Assembly: GCA_964348785.1 (NCBI GenBank)
Contig: CAYGDO010000001.1
Span: 120,369 to 184,368 of the forward strand
Direction: 5' to 3'
From: an uncultured Candidatus Saccharibacteria bacterium
GTDB taxonomy: Bacteria; Patescibacteriota; Minisyncoccia; Phycocordibacterales; 2-02-FULL-43-11
Length of the DNA stretch: 64,000 bases
Below, one piece after another: positions 45,377 through 56,247 of this stretch. The position numbers were made by a program, and so were the translations under genes. The number at the start of each line of letters is the position of its first letter. Positions within the stretch are counted from its first letter, which is position 1. The notes beneath the pieces are model-generated. The model was not told the origin of the DNA. It did no database searches and saw only the letters and a program-made list of their open reading frames with translations.

Positions 45377-45610
45377 ATGTTAGAAACAATAATACCTTAT
45401 TTGCCACATATACAGATAATACTGTCTGTTCTTCTTGTTGCTTCAATATTGTTGCAACAATCAGCAGCTGGATTAGGTGGAGCATTTGGGGACAACTTTA
45501 GTTCTGGATTTCACACAAGGAGAGGCTCAGAAAAAACGCTCTTCAACATAACTCTTATTCTTGCCTTCTTGTTTGCAATTTCAGCCATATTGAGTATAAT
45601 CTCAAGGTAA
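45377..45610 (+). CDS. secG: Preprotein translocase subunit SecG
   Basis: 77 aa with two TM helices and the GGAFG Gly-rich loop. Confidence 0.7.
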   Translation: MLETIIPYLPHIQIILSVLLVASILLQQSAAGLGGAFGDNFSSGFHTRRGSEKTLFNITLILAFLFAISAILSIISR

Positions 45611-45689
45611 ATCAACTATTAGAGACGGTTTGTTTTAGCTTTTATAAATAAAAGCAAAGGGACTATTTCTCTAGTTCAACATATAGCAA

Positions 45690-47450
45690 ATGAACGATTT
45701 GTTTAAAAAGAATATAAATATTCCTCTACTAGATAGAGCGCAAAATGCCGTTGCGAAATTTACACCGGGAGAAAAAATGCTCTTCTGGATTCTGGCTTTT
45801 TCTATGGTAATTTCTGGCATAATCATAACCTCAAAAGTCAGCGATTCTTTTGCCGAAACTATTCCAAAGAGAGGTGGAACAATAACTGAAGGCGTAATGG
45901 GCTCTCCAAGGTTCATTAATCCTATTTTAGCCATCTCAGATGCGGATAGAGATATTTCCAGTTTAGTGTTTTCCGGATTAGTAAGACCAACAACTGATGG
46001 AAAATTTATTCCCGACCTGGCCGAAAGTTACAACATTTCAGAAGACGGATTAGTGTACACCTTCAATCTAAGAACGAATTTGAAATTTCATGATAACACC
46101 AATATAACTGCCGATGATATCATTTTTACAATTTCAAAAATGATTGACCCTGAAATAAAAAGCCCAAAAAGAGCGGAATGGGAAGGTGTGGAAATAACAA
46201 AAACCGACGACTACGCAATAATCATGAAATTAAAAAGACCGTTTTCGGGACTTTTAGAAAATGCTTCTGTTGGAATAATACCTAAACACATTTGGAAAGA
46301 TTTTAATGCTGAAGAATTTACTTTTAGCGGAGAAAACATTTCTCCAATTGGCTCCGGACCGTACAAAGTAGATTCAATAGAAAAAACTAAAAATGGAATT
46401 CCTAAAATTTATCATCTGACTTCGTTTAAAAAATATCTACCTGAACCATCTTTCATAAAAAATCTTAATATCAAACTTTACCCAGGAGAAAAAGAATTGA
46501 TTTTAGGTTTTGAAAACCAAGAAATAGATTTGATGGGAGGTGTATCCTCAAGCGAGGCCAAAATACTCTCTGAAAAAGGTTACCGTGTAGAAAGAATGAG
46601 ACTACCTAGAATATTTGGTGTTTTCTTCAATCAAAGTCACGAAAACATTTTAGCTGAAATAGAAATCAGAAAGGCCTTAGAAATGACCGCGCCAAAAGAC
46701 GAAATAATTAATACTGTTTTATTTGGTTATGCGGAAAAGTTATACGGCCCATTGCCATCAGCGACCTTAGGTCAAAATTTTGAAATAAAACTAACAAACG
46801 CCACCTCAAGTAGTACAGATGAATTTATATTAAATGCACAAAAAATGTTAGAAAAAAGTGGTTGGTCAAAAAATAAAGAAACGGGCATCTACGAAAAAAC
46901 CGTAAAAAACTCTAAAGAAACCAAGATTTTTTCTTTTTCCCTATCACTACCAAACACAGAGGAAATGATAATGGTTGCCAATATACTGAAAACAACTTGG
47001 GAGAAATTGGGAGCCAAAGTAGATTTAAAAATTTTTGAACAAAGTGACTTAAAACAAAATGTAATAAAGACCAGAAAATACGGTGCTTTACTTTTTGGTG
47101 AAGTGCTTGGAAAAAACCCAGATTTGTATGCTTTCTGGCATTCACAACAAAGATTTGATCCAGGATACAACATTTCAATGTATACAAACTCAAAAGTAGA
47201 CAAACTGATAGAAAAATCCAGAATATCAAAAAACCAAGAAGACCAAAGAAGTGTAAATAAACAGATAGACGAAGAAATAAGCAAAGATTACCCAGCCATT
47301 TTCCTGTATGCACCAGATTATATTTATGTATTACCGAAAAATTTAAAAGGTTTTACCTCATATATTATCGGTGATCCAGCAGAGAGATTGTCTTCGGTTT
47401 TAAATTGGCATTTAAACACCGAAAAAGTCTGGGAAGTATTTTTAAAATAA
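45690..47450 (+). CDS. ABC transporter substrate-binding protein (family 5, peptide/nickel type)
   Basis: 586 aa with an N-terminal TM/signal. SBP_bac_5-like (…LVYTFNLRTNLKFHDNT…). Confidence 0.75.
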   Translation: MNDLFKKNINIPLLDRAQNAVAKFTPGEKMLFWILAFSMVISGIIITSKVSDSFAETIPKRGGTITEGVMGSPRFINPILAISDADRDISSLVFSGLVRPTTDGKFIPDLAESYNISEDGLVYTFNLRTNLKFHDNTNITADDIIFTISKMIDPEIKSPKRAEWEGVEITKTDDYAIIMKLKRPFSGLLENASVGIIPKHIWKDFNAEEFTFSGENISPIGSGPYKVDSIEKTKNGIPKIYHLTSFKKYLPEPSFIKNLNIKLYPGEKELILGFENQEIDLMGGVSSSEAKILSEKGYRVERMRLPRIFGVFFNQSHENILAEIEIRKALEMTAPKDEIINTVLFGYAEKLYGPLPSATLGQNFEIKLTNATSSSTDEFILNAQKMLEKSGWSKNKETGIYEKTVKNSKETKIFSFSLSLPNTEEMIMVANILKTTWEKLGAKVDLKIFEQSDLKQNVIKTRKYGALLFGEVLGKNPDLYAFWHSQQRFDPGYNISMYTNSKVDKLIEKSRISKNQEDQRSVNKQIDEEISKDYPAIFLYAPDYIYVLPKNLKGFTSYIIGDPAERLSSVLNWHLNTEKVWEVFLK

Positions 47451-47473
47451 ATTATTAAAATAAAGAAATAAAA

Positions 47474-49498
47474 ATGGATAGAGAAAGAAATAGAAAGTTC
47501 GGCGGACCCTCCAACCGTCGGTTTGGTTTCCAACCAAAAAGAACCTTGGTAAATAAACAGTCTTCAGAAATAAGGACGTTTATTGCCGATGAAGAAAAAA
47601 AAGAGATACCAAAAACGGAAACAAATGAGGCACCAAAAGAGAGGAGAATTTTCCCAAGACCTAATTTACGAAGAATGCATCAGGGTGGAAATAATATTCA
47701 AAGAAAAAGTTTCAATCGTATAGATAAAACTCCAAGAATGGCGCCCAGGGTATCAGAAAAACATGACGGTATTCAAAATAACCCCAACAAAAAAACGACT
47801 AAACAAATACCTCCCCCACTTGGAGATTCAATAAGAATTATTCCACTTGGAGGAGTAGAAGAAATTGGTAGAAATATGACAGTCATTGAATATAAAAATG
47901 ACATTATTGTAATTGATGCTGGCTTTCAATTCTCTGAAGACGACACGCCGGGCATAGACTATATTTTACCGAACACAAAATATCTTGAAGAAAGGAAAGG
48001 TAAAATCCGCGCAATGTTAATCACTCACGGGCACTTAGATCATATCGGTGGTCTACCTTATATAATGGACAGAATTGGCAACCCGCCACTTTATACAAGA
48101 AAACTAACTGGTTTGATGATAGAAAAAAGACAATTTGAATTTCCAGATAAACCTAAACTGGACATTAGAACTGTTGAAAAAAACGAGACTATAAGGCTTG
48201 GTGAGTTAAGTATTAAATTCTTTTCCGTGACGCACACCATCCCCGATGCAATGGGTATAATCATCGAAACACCTTACGGCATAATAGTAACCCCTGGAGA
48301 TTTCAAACTTTCCCACACAGATGGTGTAGTTGACGCCAAAGAAGAAGACGAGTACAGCATTTTCGATAAAGAAAAAGTTTTAATGCTTATCGCTGAATCT
48401 ACTAACATAGAAAATCCCGGATTCTCTACGCCAGAAAGATTGGTACACAAAACATTGGAAGACATTGTAACCAAAGTAAACACAAGATTAATTGTTGGGA
48501 CGTTCTCTTCGCAGTTTGAAAGAATGATAAAAATTATCCAAGTTGCCGAAGCTGTAGGAAAAAAGATTGTCATTGAAGGTAGAAGTATGAAAACCAACAT
48601 TGATGTGGCAATCGCCGCCGGCATCTTTATCCCACAAAAAGACACGATTATTCCAACAGAAGACGTAGATAAATATCCTCCAAACAAAATAGTAGTACTG
48701 GCAACTGGTGCTCAAGGGGAAGAATTCGCGGCTCTTATGAGAATGGCAAACAAAAGTCACAGAAGTTTTCATGTTAAAAAAGGTGACACTGTAGTTTTGT
48801 CATCATCAATTATCCCCGGCAATGAAAGGACTGTACAAAAATTGAAGGATAACTTAGCCAGAGTTGGAGCCAAAATTCTTCACTACAGAACTTCTGATTT
48901 ATTTGTACACTCAACCGGTCACGCCAATCGTGGAGAAATAGAATGGTTACATAGAAAATTAAAACCAAAATTCTTTATGCCAATACACGGTACGCATTAC
49001 ATGTTAAGACAGCATGAAGAACTAGCGCAGACTATCGGAATGCCCCCGCAAAATATAATCGTGCCAGACAATGGAACTATTGTAGAAATAAGAGATAAAG
49101 GGGAAAAAATAATCACTTTAAAAGAAAAAGCGGCTGATGGTTTTATGATGGTTGATGGTTTTGCTGTCGGTGATGTACAAGAAGTAGTTATAAGAGACAG
49201 ACAAATGCTTTCTGAAGATGGAATGTTTGTTATCGTGGCAAGTATCAACACTTCAACTGGAAAATTACGAAAATCCCCTGACATTATTTCAAGAGGTTTC
49301 GTCTATCTAAGAGAATCCCAAGAGTTGTTGCAACAAACTAGAATAATAATCAAAAAAACTGTAGAGGATACAGCTGAGGGTATGAATCCTATAAATTTTG
49401 AATATGTCAAAGAAGTTTTATCGGACAACGTAGCAAGATTCTTGTTCCAAAAAACCAAAAAACGACCGATTGTAATACCTGTACTTATAGGAGTGTAA
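47474..49498 (+). CDS. rnj: Ribonuclease J (beta-CASP metallo-beta-lactamase RNase) with a roughly 110-aa basic N-terminal extension
   Basis: HGHLDHIGG motif plus beta-CASP and C-terminal domains. 674 aa. Confidence 0.9.
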   Translation: MDRERNRKFGGPSNRRFGFQPKRTLVNKQSSEIRTFIADEEKKEIPKTETNEAPKERRIFPRPNLRRMHQGGNNIQRKSFNRIDKTPRMAPRVSEKHDGIQNNPNKKTTKQIPPPLGDSIRIIPLGGVEEIGRNMTVIEYKNDIIVIDAGFQFSEDDTPGIDYILPNTKYLEERKGKIRAMLITHGHLDHIGGLPYIMDRIGNPPLYTRKLTGLMIEKRQFEFPDKPKLDIRTVEKNETIRLGELSIKFFSVTHTIPDAMGIIIETPYGIIVTPGDFKLSHTDGVVDAKEEDEYSIFDKEKVLMLIAESTNIENPGFSTPERLVHKTLEDIVTKVNTRLIVGTFSSQFERMIKIIQVAEAVGKKIVIEGRSMKTNIDVAIAAGIFIPQKDTIIPTEDVDKYPPNKIVVLATGAQGEEFAALMRMANKSHRSFHVKKGDTVVLSSSIIPGNERTVQKLKDNLARVGAKILHYRTSDLFVHSTGHANRGEIEWLHRKLKPKFFMPIHGTHYMLRQHEELAQTIGMPPQNIIVPDNGTIVEIRDKGEKIITLKEKAADGFMMVDGFAVGDVQEVVIRDRQMLSEDGMFVIVASINTSTGKLRKSPDIISRGFVYLRESQELLQQTRIIIKKTVEDTAEGMNPINFEYVKEVLSDNVARFLFQKTKKRPIVIPVLIGV

Positions 49499-49499
49499 G

Positions 49500-49660
49500 T
49501 TAGAAAGTAGAGAGTAGAAATTAGGAAAACAATTTCCTCATTTTACTACTCTCCACTCTCTATCTTTTGTTCCCCACCTCCTGCTACTTTCTATCCTCTA
49601 CTCTCCGTTTTCCATTCTTCACTTTCTACTATCTACTTCCCACTTTCTGTTATAATCTAC
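49500..49660 (+). repeat. CT-rich (pyrimidine-strand) short-repeat tract. Words ctactctcc, ctactttct and cactttct recur at 28441-28530 and 51857-51925.
   Basis: Low-complexity CT repeats sharing 8-9-mers across three intergenic regions. The 5' part forms an imperfect hairpin (agaaagtagagagtag... / ...ctactctccactctct). Confidence 0.4.
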
Positions 49661-49663
49661 GAG

Positions 49664-50824
49664 ATGATAAAAAACATAAGCAAAATACTTCAAGCTGTTT
49701 ATCTGCTAGGTTTTATTTTTGCTCTAAACATTGCGCTACCCACTTACATAAGTTCGGAATTTCTTAATTTAATTGTTGGAGATAAACTTGTAGGAATAAT
49801 ATACGCCGTAGCTTCAATCCTCACCATTTTGGCCTTTACTTTTATGGGTAAAGCATTAAAAAAATATGGAGACTATAAAATCGCTCTTTCGTTGGTTATT
49901 ATTTCATTAATCTCCCTACTAGGAATATACTTCGCAAAAAACCCATTATTGATACTCTTTTTCTTTACTCTAATCACCATAAACGGCACATTGATAGCTT
50001 TTAACTTAGATATTTTTCTAGAAAGAATCTCTGATGAAAAAACTACCGGCACAATAAGAGGTAATTTTTTAAGTATTGCAAGCGGTGCCTGGATTATAGC
50101 TCCACTTTTAGCTGGTTTTATAGTATCCGGTGAAAATTACAAAGACGTATTTTTAATAGCAGGCCTTCTTCTCTTACCTGTAATTTCAATACTTATCAGC
50201 AACTTCAGTAAATTTAAAGACTCAACTTATAAACACATTCCTTTTTCAAAATTAATAATTGCTCTCCCAAAACATAAAAGCACCTATAAAATTTTAATTT
50301 CTAATTTTTTACTAGGATTTTTTTTCTCATGGATGGTAATTTACACACCGATATATTTACATAACGATATGGGTTTTAACTGGAAAGAAATTGGCTTGAT
50401 GTTCACGATTATGCTCTTCCCATTTGCAATACTTGAAGCGCCACTTGGAAGACTGGCCGATGAGAGATGGGGTGAAAAAGAAATGCTAATTGCTGGTTTT
50501 ATAGTAACAGCTATATCTACTGCCCTTTTAACCTTTATACCAAATGCTGATTTTTGGCTTTGGTCAGCCGGTCTTCTAACAACGAGAATCGGAGCAAGCA
50601 CGATAGAAATAATGAACGAAACTTATTTCTTTAAAAAAATAAAAGAAGATCAGTTGGATGTTATAGGGCTCTTTAGAATGACAAGACCGATGGCATCAGT
50701 TGTTGCACCGATACTTGGTACCGTATTTCTTATTTTCTTTGACTACAAATATATTTTTCTAACACTCGGAATAATTATGTTATTTGGACTCAAATACGCA
50801 ATCACTCTAAAAGATACAAAGTAA
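49664..50824 (+). CDS. MFS transporter
   Basis: 386 aa with 12 predicted TM helices and an MFS-like loop motif (GRLADERWGEK). Confidence 0.75.
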   Translation: MIKNISKILQAVYLLGFIFALNIALPTYISSEFLNLIVGDKLVGIIYAVASILTILAFTFMGKALKKYGDYKIALSLVIISLISLLGIYFAKNPLLILFFFTLITINGTLIAFNLDIFLERISDEKTTGTIRGNFLSIASGAWIIAPLLAGFIVSGENYKDVFLIAGLLLLPVISILISNFSKFKDSTYKHIPFSKLIIALPKHKSTYKILISNFLLGFFFSWMVIYTPIYLHNDMGFNWKEIGLMFTIMLFPFAILEAPLGRLADERWGEKEMLIAGFIVTAISTALLTFIPNADFWLWSAGLLTTRIGASTIEIMNETYFFKKIKEDQLDVIGLFRMTRPMASVVAPILGTVFLIFFDYKYIFLTLGIIMLFGLKYAITLKDTK

Positions 50825-50857
50825 ATTATCAATAATCAATTTCTAATTATCAAAAAA

Positions 50858-51856
50858 CTAATTAGTTTTTTGATTTTCCTCCAACCTCCTCTCTATCTCA
50901 CTCAAAAAGTAATCTCTTAAATTCATAGTCTCATCAACATTTTTATAATCACCAGGATCGACAAAAGAATTTATAATGACCTCAACGTGTTCTTTTTTCA
51001 GTCCATAATATCGATTAATTATTTCATCCCAATCATTATCATCCAACTCTTGTTCCATCTTCAAAGGCGAAATTGTTAGTCCACTTGGTATATTAACCAA
51101 GACTTTAGATAAAATACCTTTTTCATTTAAATATTCATAAACACTAATAAAACAATAGACCTGATCTTTTTTTCTCAGAGACATAAACTCTAAAGCCTTT
51201 GGTTTCGTAGGTTGTTCTATGCTTGCAAACAGACGCCCAAAATTTTCAGGAAAAATAGGAGAAAATCCACCATCATCCTTAAATTTTATACCGTGCCTAA
51301 TAAGCACATTTTTCTCAACATCAACTGCAATAAGTCCTGGGCTAATGTCAGGAGTATCATATCTACCATCTACGCCAACAGCCAAATCTAGAGACTTGGC
51401 AAATTCTTCTTTTGAACCAGCTTTCAATAAAGTAAATAAAACTCTGCTTGTTCTGCCATTTCCATCAGCAAAAAGATGAATTGCGTTCACAACAGCGGAC
51501 AATAAATACGCCTCATCACCAGATTTTATATCACCAAGCGATTCATAAGCATCTTTCAAAATGTCTTCCTTATCTTCATGTCTTGGCATCAAAAAATCAT
51601 CAGCAAATCCTCCAACGTAAACTGTCTCGCCATCAATTCTTCTATCTTTTATAGGTATATCTCTTAAAATACCATTAATGCGTATAACAAAATCTCTAAA
51701 CTCTTCAAATTTAAAACCCTCTCGTTCAGTTTTAGAACCTTCTTTCAATTTTTGTACATATTCATAAGCACCTATTCTGTCCAAAAAATCCGCAATCGTT
51801 TCAGCTTTTTCTTCACGTAATAATTTTTCTTCAAAACGTTCATTCATTTCTTTCAA
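50858..51856 (-). CDS. Fic family protein (AMPylation/Fido domain)
   Basis: Canonical Fic motif HLFADGNGRTSR (HPFx[DE]GNGR). Confidence 0.85.
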   Translation of the reverse strand: MKEMNERFEEKLLREEKAETIADFLDRIGAYEYVQKLKEGSKTEREGFKFEEFRDFVIRINGILRDIPIKDRRIDGETVYVGGFADDFLMPRHEDKEDILKDAYESLGDIKSGDEAYLLSAVVNAIHLFADGNGRTSRVLFTLLKAGSKEEFAKSLDLAVGVDGRYDTPDISPGLIAVDVEKNVLIRHGIKFKDDGGFSPIFPENFGRLFASIEQPTKPKALEFMSLRKKDQVYCFISVYEYLNEKGILSKVLVNIPSGLTISPLKMEQELDDNDWDEIINRYYGLKKEHVEVIINSFVDPGDYKNVDETMNLRDYFLSEIERRLEENQKTN

Positions 51857-51907
51857 AAAATTAGATCCTGAACAATCTTTCCGTTTCCTTCCCCTACTCT
51901 CTATGCT

Positions 51908-52675
51908 CTACTTTCTAATTTCCAACTTCATGGCCATAAACATTGGAAATTCTTTTCTAGATTTATTTTCTGCATCCTTTCTCGGACCATCTTCACTTTT
52001 TTTATGTGAAATCCATTCTTCAAGTCTAGAAACAACAAATCCGGCTTTTTCAAAGGCTTTAAAATATGCCTGAAGGGGTCTATGAAAAGATAAAGTTCTA
52101 ACACTATCTTCCCTACTTGGATTTAAACTAATTTCAATTTTTGATTCTGACATATATTCATCCACTCTTCTAAATTGAATTCTCTTTTCCTCATCAAAAC
52201 CCCAATCACTTCTTTTGGGAATTCGAAAAGCTGGATGATTAATGACAAGAACCCAAACACCATCCTTTTTAAGCTTTTTGGAAATTTCAAAAATAGTCCC
52301 TGCAAAATTTTCAATATTTTCCAAAGCCAAAACCATCATTATTTTTTCAAAAAAATTGTCTTTGGCAAAATTCATATTATCAGCAGAAGAAACAAAATAT
52401 TTTGACTTACCCCCTTTTTCTTTTGCCAAACTAATCATTTCAGATGAAATATCCGATGCCCAAATATCTGCTCCCGCTCTTTCAAATTCACGTACAAAAA
52501 AACCTTGACCACAAGCAGGATCCAGTAGTTTTTCACCTGATTTTAAATCAAGCAATCTAGAAAGATTAGGCAAAATAACCTTATTTTGATAAGTCTCTTC
52601 GTTAAGAAGATAGTCATCATACCAATCCGCCACTTCATCCCAAGAGGTATTATTATTTGTGAAATTGTCTTTCAT
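51908..52675 (-). CDS. Class I SAM-dependent methyltransferase
   Basis: Motif I LLDPACGQGFF. 255 aa. Confidence 0.8.
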   Translation of the reverse strand: MKDNFTNNNTSWDEVADWYDDYLLNEETYQNKVILPNLSRLLDLKSGEKLLDPACGQGFFVREFERAGADIWASDISSEMISLAKEKGGKSKYFVSSADNMNFAKDNFFEKIMMVLALENIENFAGTIFEISKKLKKDGVWVLVINHPAFRIPKRSDWGFDEEKRIQFRRVDEYMSESKIEISLNPSREDSVRTLSFHRPLQAYFKAFEKAGFVVSRLEEWISHKKSEDGPRKDAENKSRKEFPMFMAMKLEIRK

Positions 52676-52704
52676 AAACTAATTCGTAAGGGAGTATATC
52701 ATAA

Positions 52705-52825
52705 TTCGTCCCGTTAGAAGTAGGATACAAACAATCAATTTAAGTAACTGATAAATTAATACACTCTCAATAATCAAATCTTCTATTGCGTAAAACTAGT
52801 ATCAGTGACTTCTAACGGGATTGTG
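52705..52825. mobile_element. MITE-like inverted-repeat element, copy B (TIR cccgttagaagt ... acttctaacggg)
   Basis: 12-bp perfect terminal inverted repeat flanking an 86-nt AT-rich spacer. The right arm is the reverse complement of the copy A left arm (18/18). Confidence 0.45.
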
Positions 52826-52838
52826 AAAATGACCTATT

Positions 52839-53846
52839 TTGTGTCACAATGAAAAAATGCCGATTTTAAAAACCACAATTAAAATAATTGCTTTTTTGCT
52901 TTTGTTTATAACAGTGATGTGTATAGTTTTAATCTTTTTCAACATATCCGTTATGAAAAATTTAATTGCCGAAAACACAAAATCCAGTGACGAAAAGATT
53001 TCGCTTCTACAAAAACAAATATCAGCTCTAGACGAACAAATAGCGGAAATTACTGGAGAAAATAAGAGAGTGGCAATTTCTTTAAAAGAGATTGAGAACA
53101 GACAAAATATTAGAGAAAAATCTCAAGAAGAGTTGGTTACCTCGGCTGTAGCTAAAGTTGCACCGGCGGTAGTATCAATAGTAGCAGTAAAAGATGTACC
53201 TAAAGTTGAGGTCACTTACCAAAACCCATTTGGTAATGATCCATTTTTTAAAAATTTTAATGTTCAAGTTCCCGTATTAAAACAAAAAGGAACCGAGAAA
53301 AAACAAGTTGGCGCCGGAACCGGTTTTATAATTACAACTGATGGCTACATTGTGACAAATAAACACGTAGTCTCTGATAGCGCGGCCGACTATAGCGTGG
53401 TTATGCCAAACGGCAGTTTCAAGGAAACTTCTGTGGTCTATAAAGATGCAAAAAATGACATTGCTATATTAAAAATCTTTGAGCAAAATCTCGACAAAAT
53501 TGCCTTTGGTGATTCTTCAAAAGCAAAAGTCGGCCAAACAGTCATTGCCATAGGTAATGCTCTTGGACAATACGATAATTCAGTATCAATAGGTATAATA
53601 TCTGGGTTAAACAGAAAGATTGAAGCCACAGATGGAAAAACTTTAACAGAGATTCTTGAAGGTGTAATACAAACTGACGCCGCCATAAATCCCGGAAACT
53701 CTGGTGGTCCATTAGTGGACACCAACGGAAAAGTTATAGGGATAAACGTGGCTACAGTTGTCGGTTCCAGTAACATAAGCTTTTCCATTCCCGTAAATTC
53801 AATAAAAGAAATTATTAAAAATAACGTTCCTAACATATCTTTCTAA
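52839..53846 (+). CDS. htrA: Trypsin-like serine protease (HtrA/DegP family, S1C) with an N-terminal TM and coiled coil
   Basis: Catalytic triad context GNSGGPLVD, plus TNKHVV and DIAILK motifs. Confidence 0.8.
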   Translation: MCHNEKMPILKTTIKIIAFLLLFITVMCIVLIFFNISVMKNLIAENTKSSDEKISLLQKQISALDEQIAEITGENKRVAISLKEIENRQNIREKSQEELVTSAVAKVAPAVVSIVAVKDVPKVEVTYQNPFGNDPFFKNFNVQVPVLKQKGTEKKQVGAGTGFIITTDGYIVTNKHVVSDSAADYSVVMPNGSFKETSVVYKDAKNDIAILKIFEQNLDKIAFGDSSKAKVGQTVIAIGNALGQYDNSVSIGIISGLNRKIEATDGKTLTEILEGVIQTDAAINPGNSGGPLVDTNGKVIGINVATVVGSSNISFSIPVNSIKEIIKNNVPNISF

Positions 53847-53847
53847 A

Positions 53848-54117
53848 ATGTTTGAAAATAAAAACCTAGAAAAAGAGATTTTTGGAGAAAATCCTGATAT
53901 AAAATTAACCCCGGAATCCTCTAAAAAAATTAAAGTTTGGTCGCTAGCCTTTCAAATTGGTTACACAATAGCAATACCAATAATAGTCTTTGCTTTAATA
54001 GGCAGATTCGCTGACAAATACTTAAACACCTCCCCCATTTTTCTCCTTTTAGGAATCTTGATCTCAATTTTTGTCAGCTCTTTCATAGTCTATAAAAAAG
54101 TTGGAGAGATAATCTAA
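53848..54117 (+). CDS. ATP synthase accessory protein (AtpZ/AtpI-like)
   Basis: Small 2-TM protein immediately upstream of atpB. Confidence 0.5.
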   Translation: MFENKNLEKEIFGENPDIKLTPESSKKIKVWSLAFQIGYTIAIPIIVFALIGRFADKYLNTSPIFLLLGILISIFVSSFIVYKKVGEII

Positions 54118-54163
54118 GGTTATACGATTTGCTTAAAGACCAATCTTCTTTTAAGATATCGCC

Positions 54164-54913
54164 ATGGCAGGAGTTCACGTATCAATAGTCGCCGAACAAA
54201 TAGCACATATAGGTAAAATGCCTATAACAAATACACTTTTAACATCCACCCTGGTGGTGGTGGTATTGTCTGTTGGATCATTTATTTTTTACAAAAATAT
54301 AAAAAAAATACCAGGTAAAATTCAAAATATAATAGAACTTATACTTGGAGGTGTATTAGATTTTATGACTACCGTTGCTGGAGACAGAAAAACAGCTGAA
54401 AGATTCTTCCCCATAATCGCCACGATATTCATATTCGTCTTATCTGCAAACTGGGCTGGTATTTTGCCTGGTGTAGGTTCAATTGGCATAAAAGAAGTAG
54501 GAGAACATGGAGAAAAATTTGTCCCATTGTTTAGATCCACTTTTTCAGACTTAAATATGACATTGGCCATAGCCATGATAGCGGTCACCTTGAGTCACTT
54601 CTTTGGAATTATGACTATTGGTCTTAAGCATCACCTTGGAAAGTTTTTTAATTTCAAAAACCCAGTTGTCGCCTTTGCCGGAATCTTAGAAATAGTCAGT
54701 GAAGTGGCAAAAGTGGTTTCTTTTTCATTTCGATTGTTTGGAAACGTCTTTGCAGGAGAAGTTCTGCTCACAATCATAGCGTTCCTTGTTCCCTACATAG
54801 CGCCCATCCCATTTTTAGGAATGGAACTATTTGTTGGTCTAATACAAGCTCTTATTTTCTCAACTCTAGCCATGGTTGGCTTCACATCATTCACAAAAGC
54901 CCACGATCATTAG
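54164..54913 (+). CDS. atpB: ATP synthase F0 subunit a
   Basis: Multi-TM protein with the conserved RLFGNVFAGE. Confidence 0.9.
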   Translation: MAGVHVSIVAEQIAHIGKMPITNTLLTSTLVVVVLSVGSFIFYKNIKKIPGKIQNIIELILGGVLDFMTTVAGDRKTAERFFPIIATIFIFVLSANWAGILPGVGSIGIKEVGEHGEKFVPLFRSTFSDLNMTLAIAMIAVTLSHFFGIMTIGLKHHLGKFFNFKNPVVAFAGILEIVSEVAKVVSFSFRLFGNVFAGEVLLTIIAFLVPYIAPIPFLGMELFVGLIQALIFSTLAMVGFTSFTKAHDH

Positions 54914-55048
54914 AAAAAGACTATTTTTTACCTGATAAAATTGGACAATAAAAAAACCGATTTTCAACAATAAAAACGTTGCTTTTCGTTGTGTTTAAGG
55001 TATTATATTGCCAAAACCTTCTTAGGTTATTTTATTTTTATAAGTTAA

Positions 55049-55300
<252 letters not shown>

Positions 55301-55380
55301 AAAGTTGAGAGTTAATAGATTAAAGATTTAAGCAAAAAACTTAATTTATCCAAACTCTTAACTTAAAAAGTAAAACTAAC

Positions 55381-55884
55381 GTGTCAGAGCTAGTATCACA
55401 ACTTGGATTAGATTGGAAAATTATCTTAGCCCAGATAGTAAATTTTGCTATCTTAGCTTTTTTCCTTACAAAGTTTCTGTACAAACCTGTAATAAAGATT
55501 TTGGATGAAAGAAAAAATAATCTAGAAGAAAACGAGAGGAAGATTTTGGAAACCGAAGAAAGCGTAAAAAATGCCGACATAGCTAAAGAAGAAATCCTAT
55601 CTCTAGCCAGAAAAGAATCTGAAAAAATAATAAAACAGTCAGAAAAGGGTTCTAAGGAAATTAAAGATAATTTACTAAAAGAGGCCCAAAACGAAGCTGA
55701 AAAGATAAAGATTGATACAAAAAAGCAAATGCAGTTAGAAAAAGACAAAGCTTTGGAAGATGTCAAAAAAGATTTAGGCAGTCTCGTCGCCTTGGTTATA
55801 GAAAAATCTCTTGGCAATGTAGCAACAAAAGAAACTCAAAACAAACTGGTCGAAGAAGCAGTCAGAATGGCCAATAAAAAATAA
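55381..55884 (+). CDS. atpF: ATP synthase F0 subunit b
   Basis: N-terminal TM plus a long charged coiled coil. GTG start. Confidence 0.75.
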   Translation: MSELVSQLGLDWKIILAQIVNFAILAFFLTKFLYKPVIKILDERKNNLEENERKILETEESVKNADIAKEEILSLARKESEKIIKQSEKGSKEIKDNLLKEAQNEAEKIKIDTKKQMQLEKDKALEDVKKDLGSLVALVIEKSLGNVATKETQNKLVEEAVRMANKK

Positions 55885-56246
55885 TGCGTTATCCAGCTAA
55901 AGAATATGCAAAATTCTTAATATCACTTGAAGAAAAAGAGATAGATGGTGCCCTAAAAAAATTAGTCGCATTTCTTCAAAAAAATGGTGATATCAAAGAA
56001 TGGAGGAAAATAATAGAAGCTTATGAGTTTCTTTATTACCAGAAAACAAAAGGCAAAAAAGCAACTATTAGCTACTGTGGTGAAATAGATCAATCAAAAA
56101 TTAAAGACGAATTAAAAAATTTTGAGGTCGAATTCATAGAAGACAAAACTCTTATAGGCGGAATAAGCATAAAGATAGGAGACGAGAAAATAGACAGTTC
56201 TCTAAAAAATCGCCTAGAAGAAATAAAAAAAATTTTGATAAAATAA
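55884..56246 (+). CDS. atpH: ATP synthase F1 delta subunit (short form)
   Basis: Position between atpF and atpA, with an OSCP-like N-terminus. 120 aa. Confidence 0.55.
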   Translation: MRYPAKEYAKFLISLEEKEIDGALKKLVAFLQKNGDIKEWRKIIEAYEFLYYQKTKGKKATISYCGEIDQSKIKDELKNFEVEFIEDKTLIGGISIKIGDEKIDSSLKNRLEEIKKILIK

Positions 56247-56247
56247 A

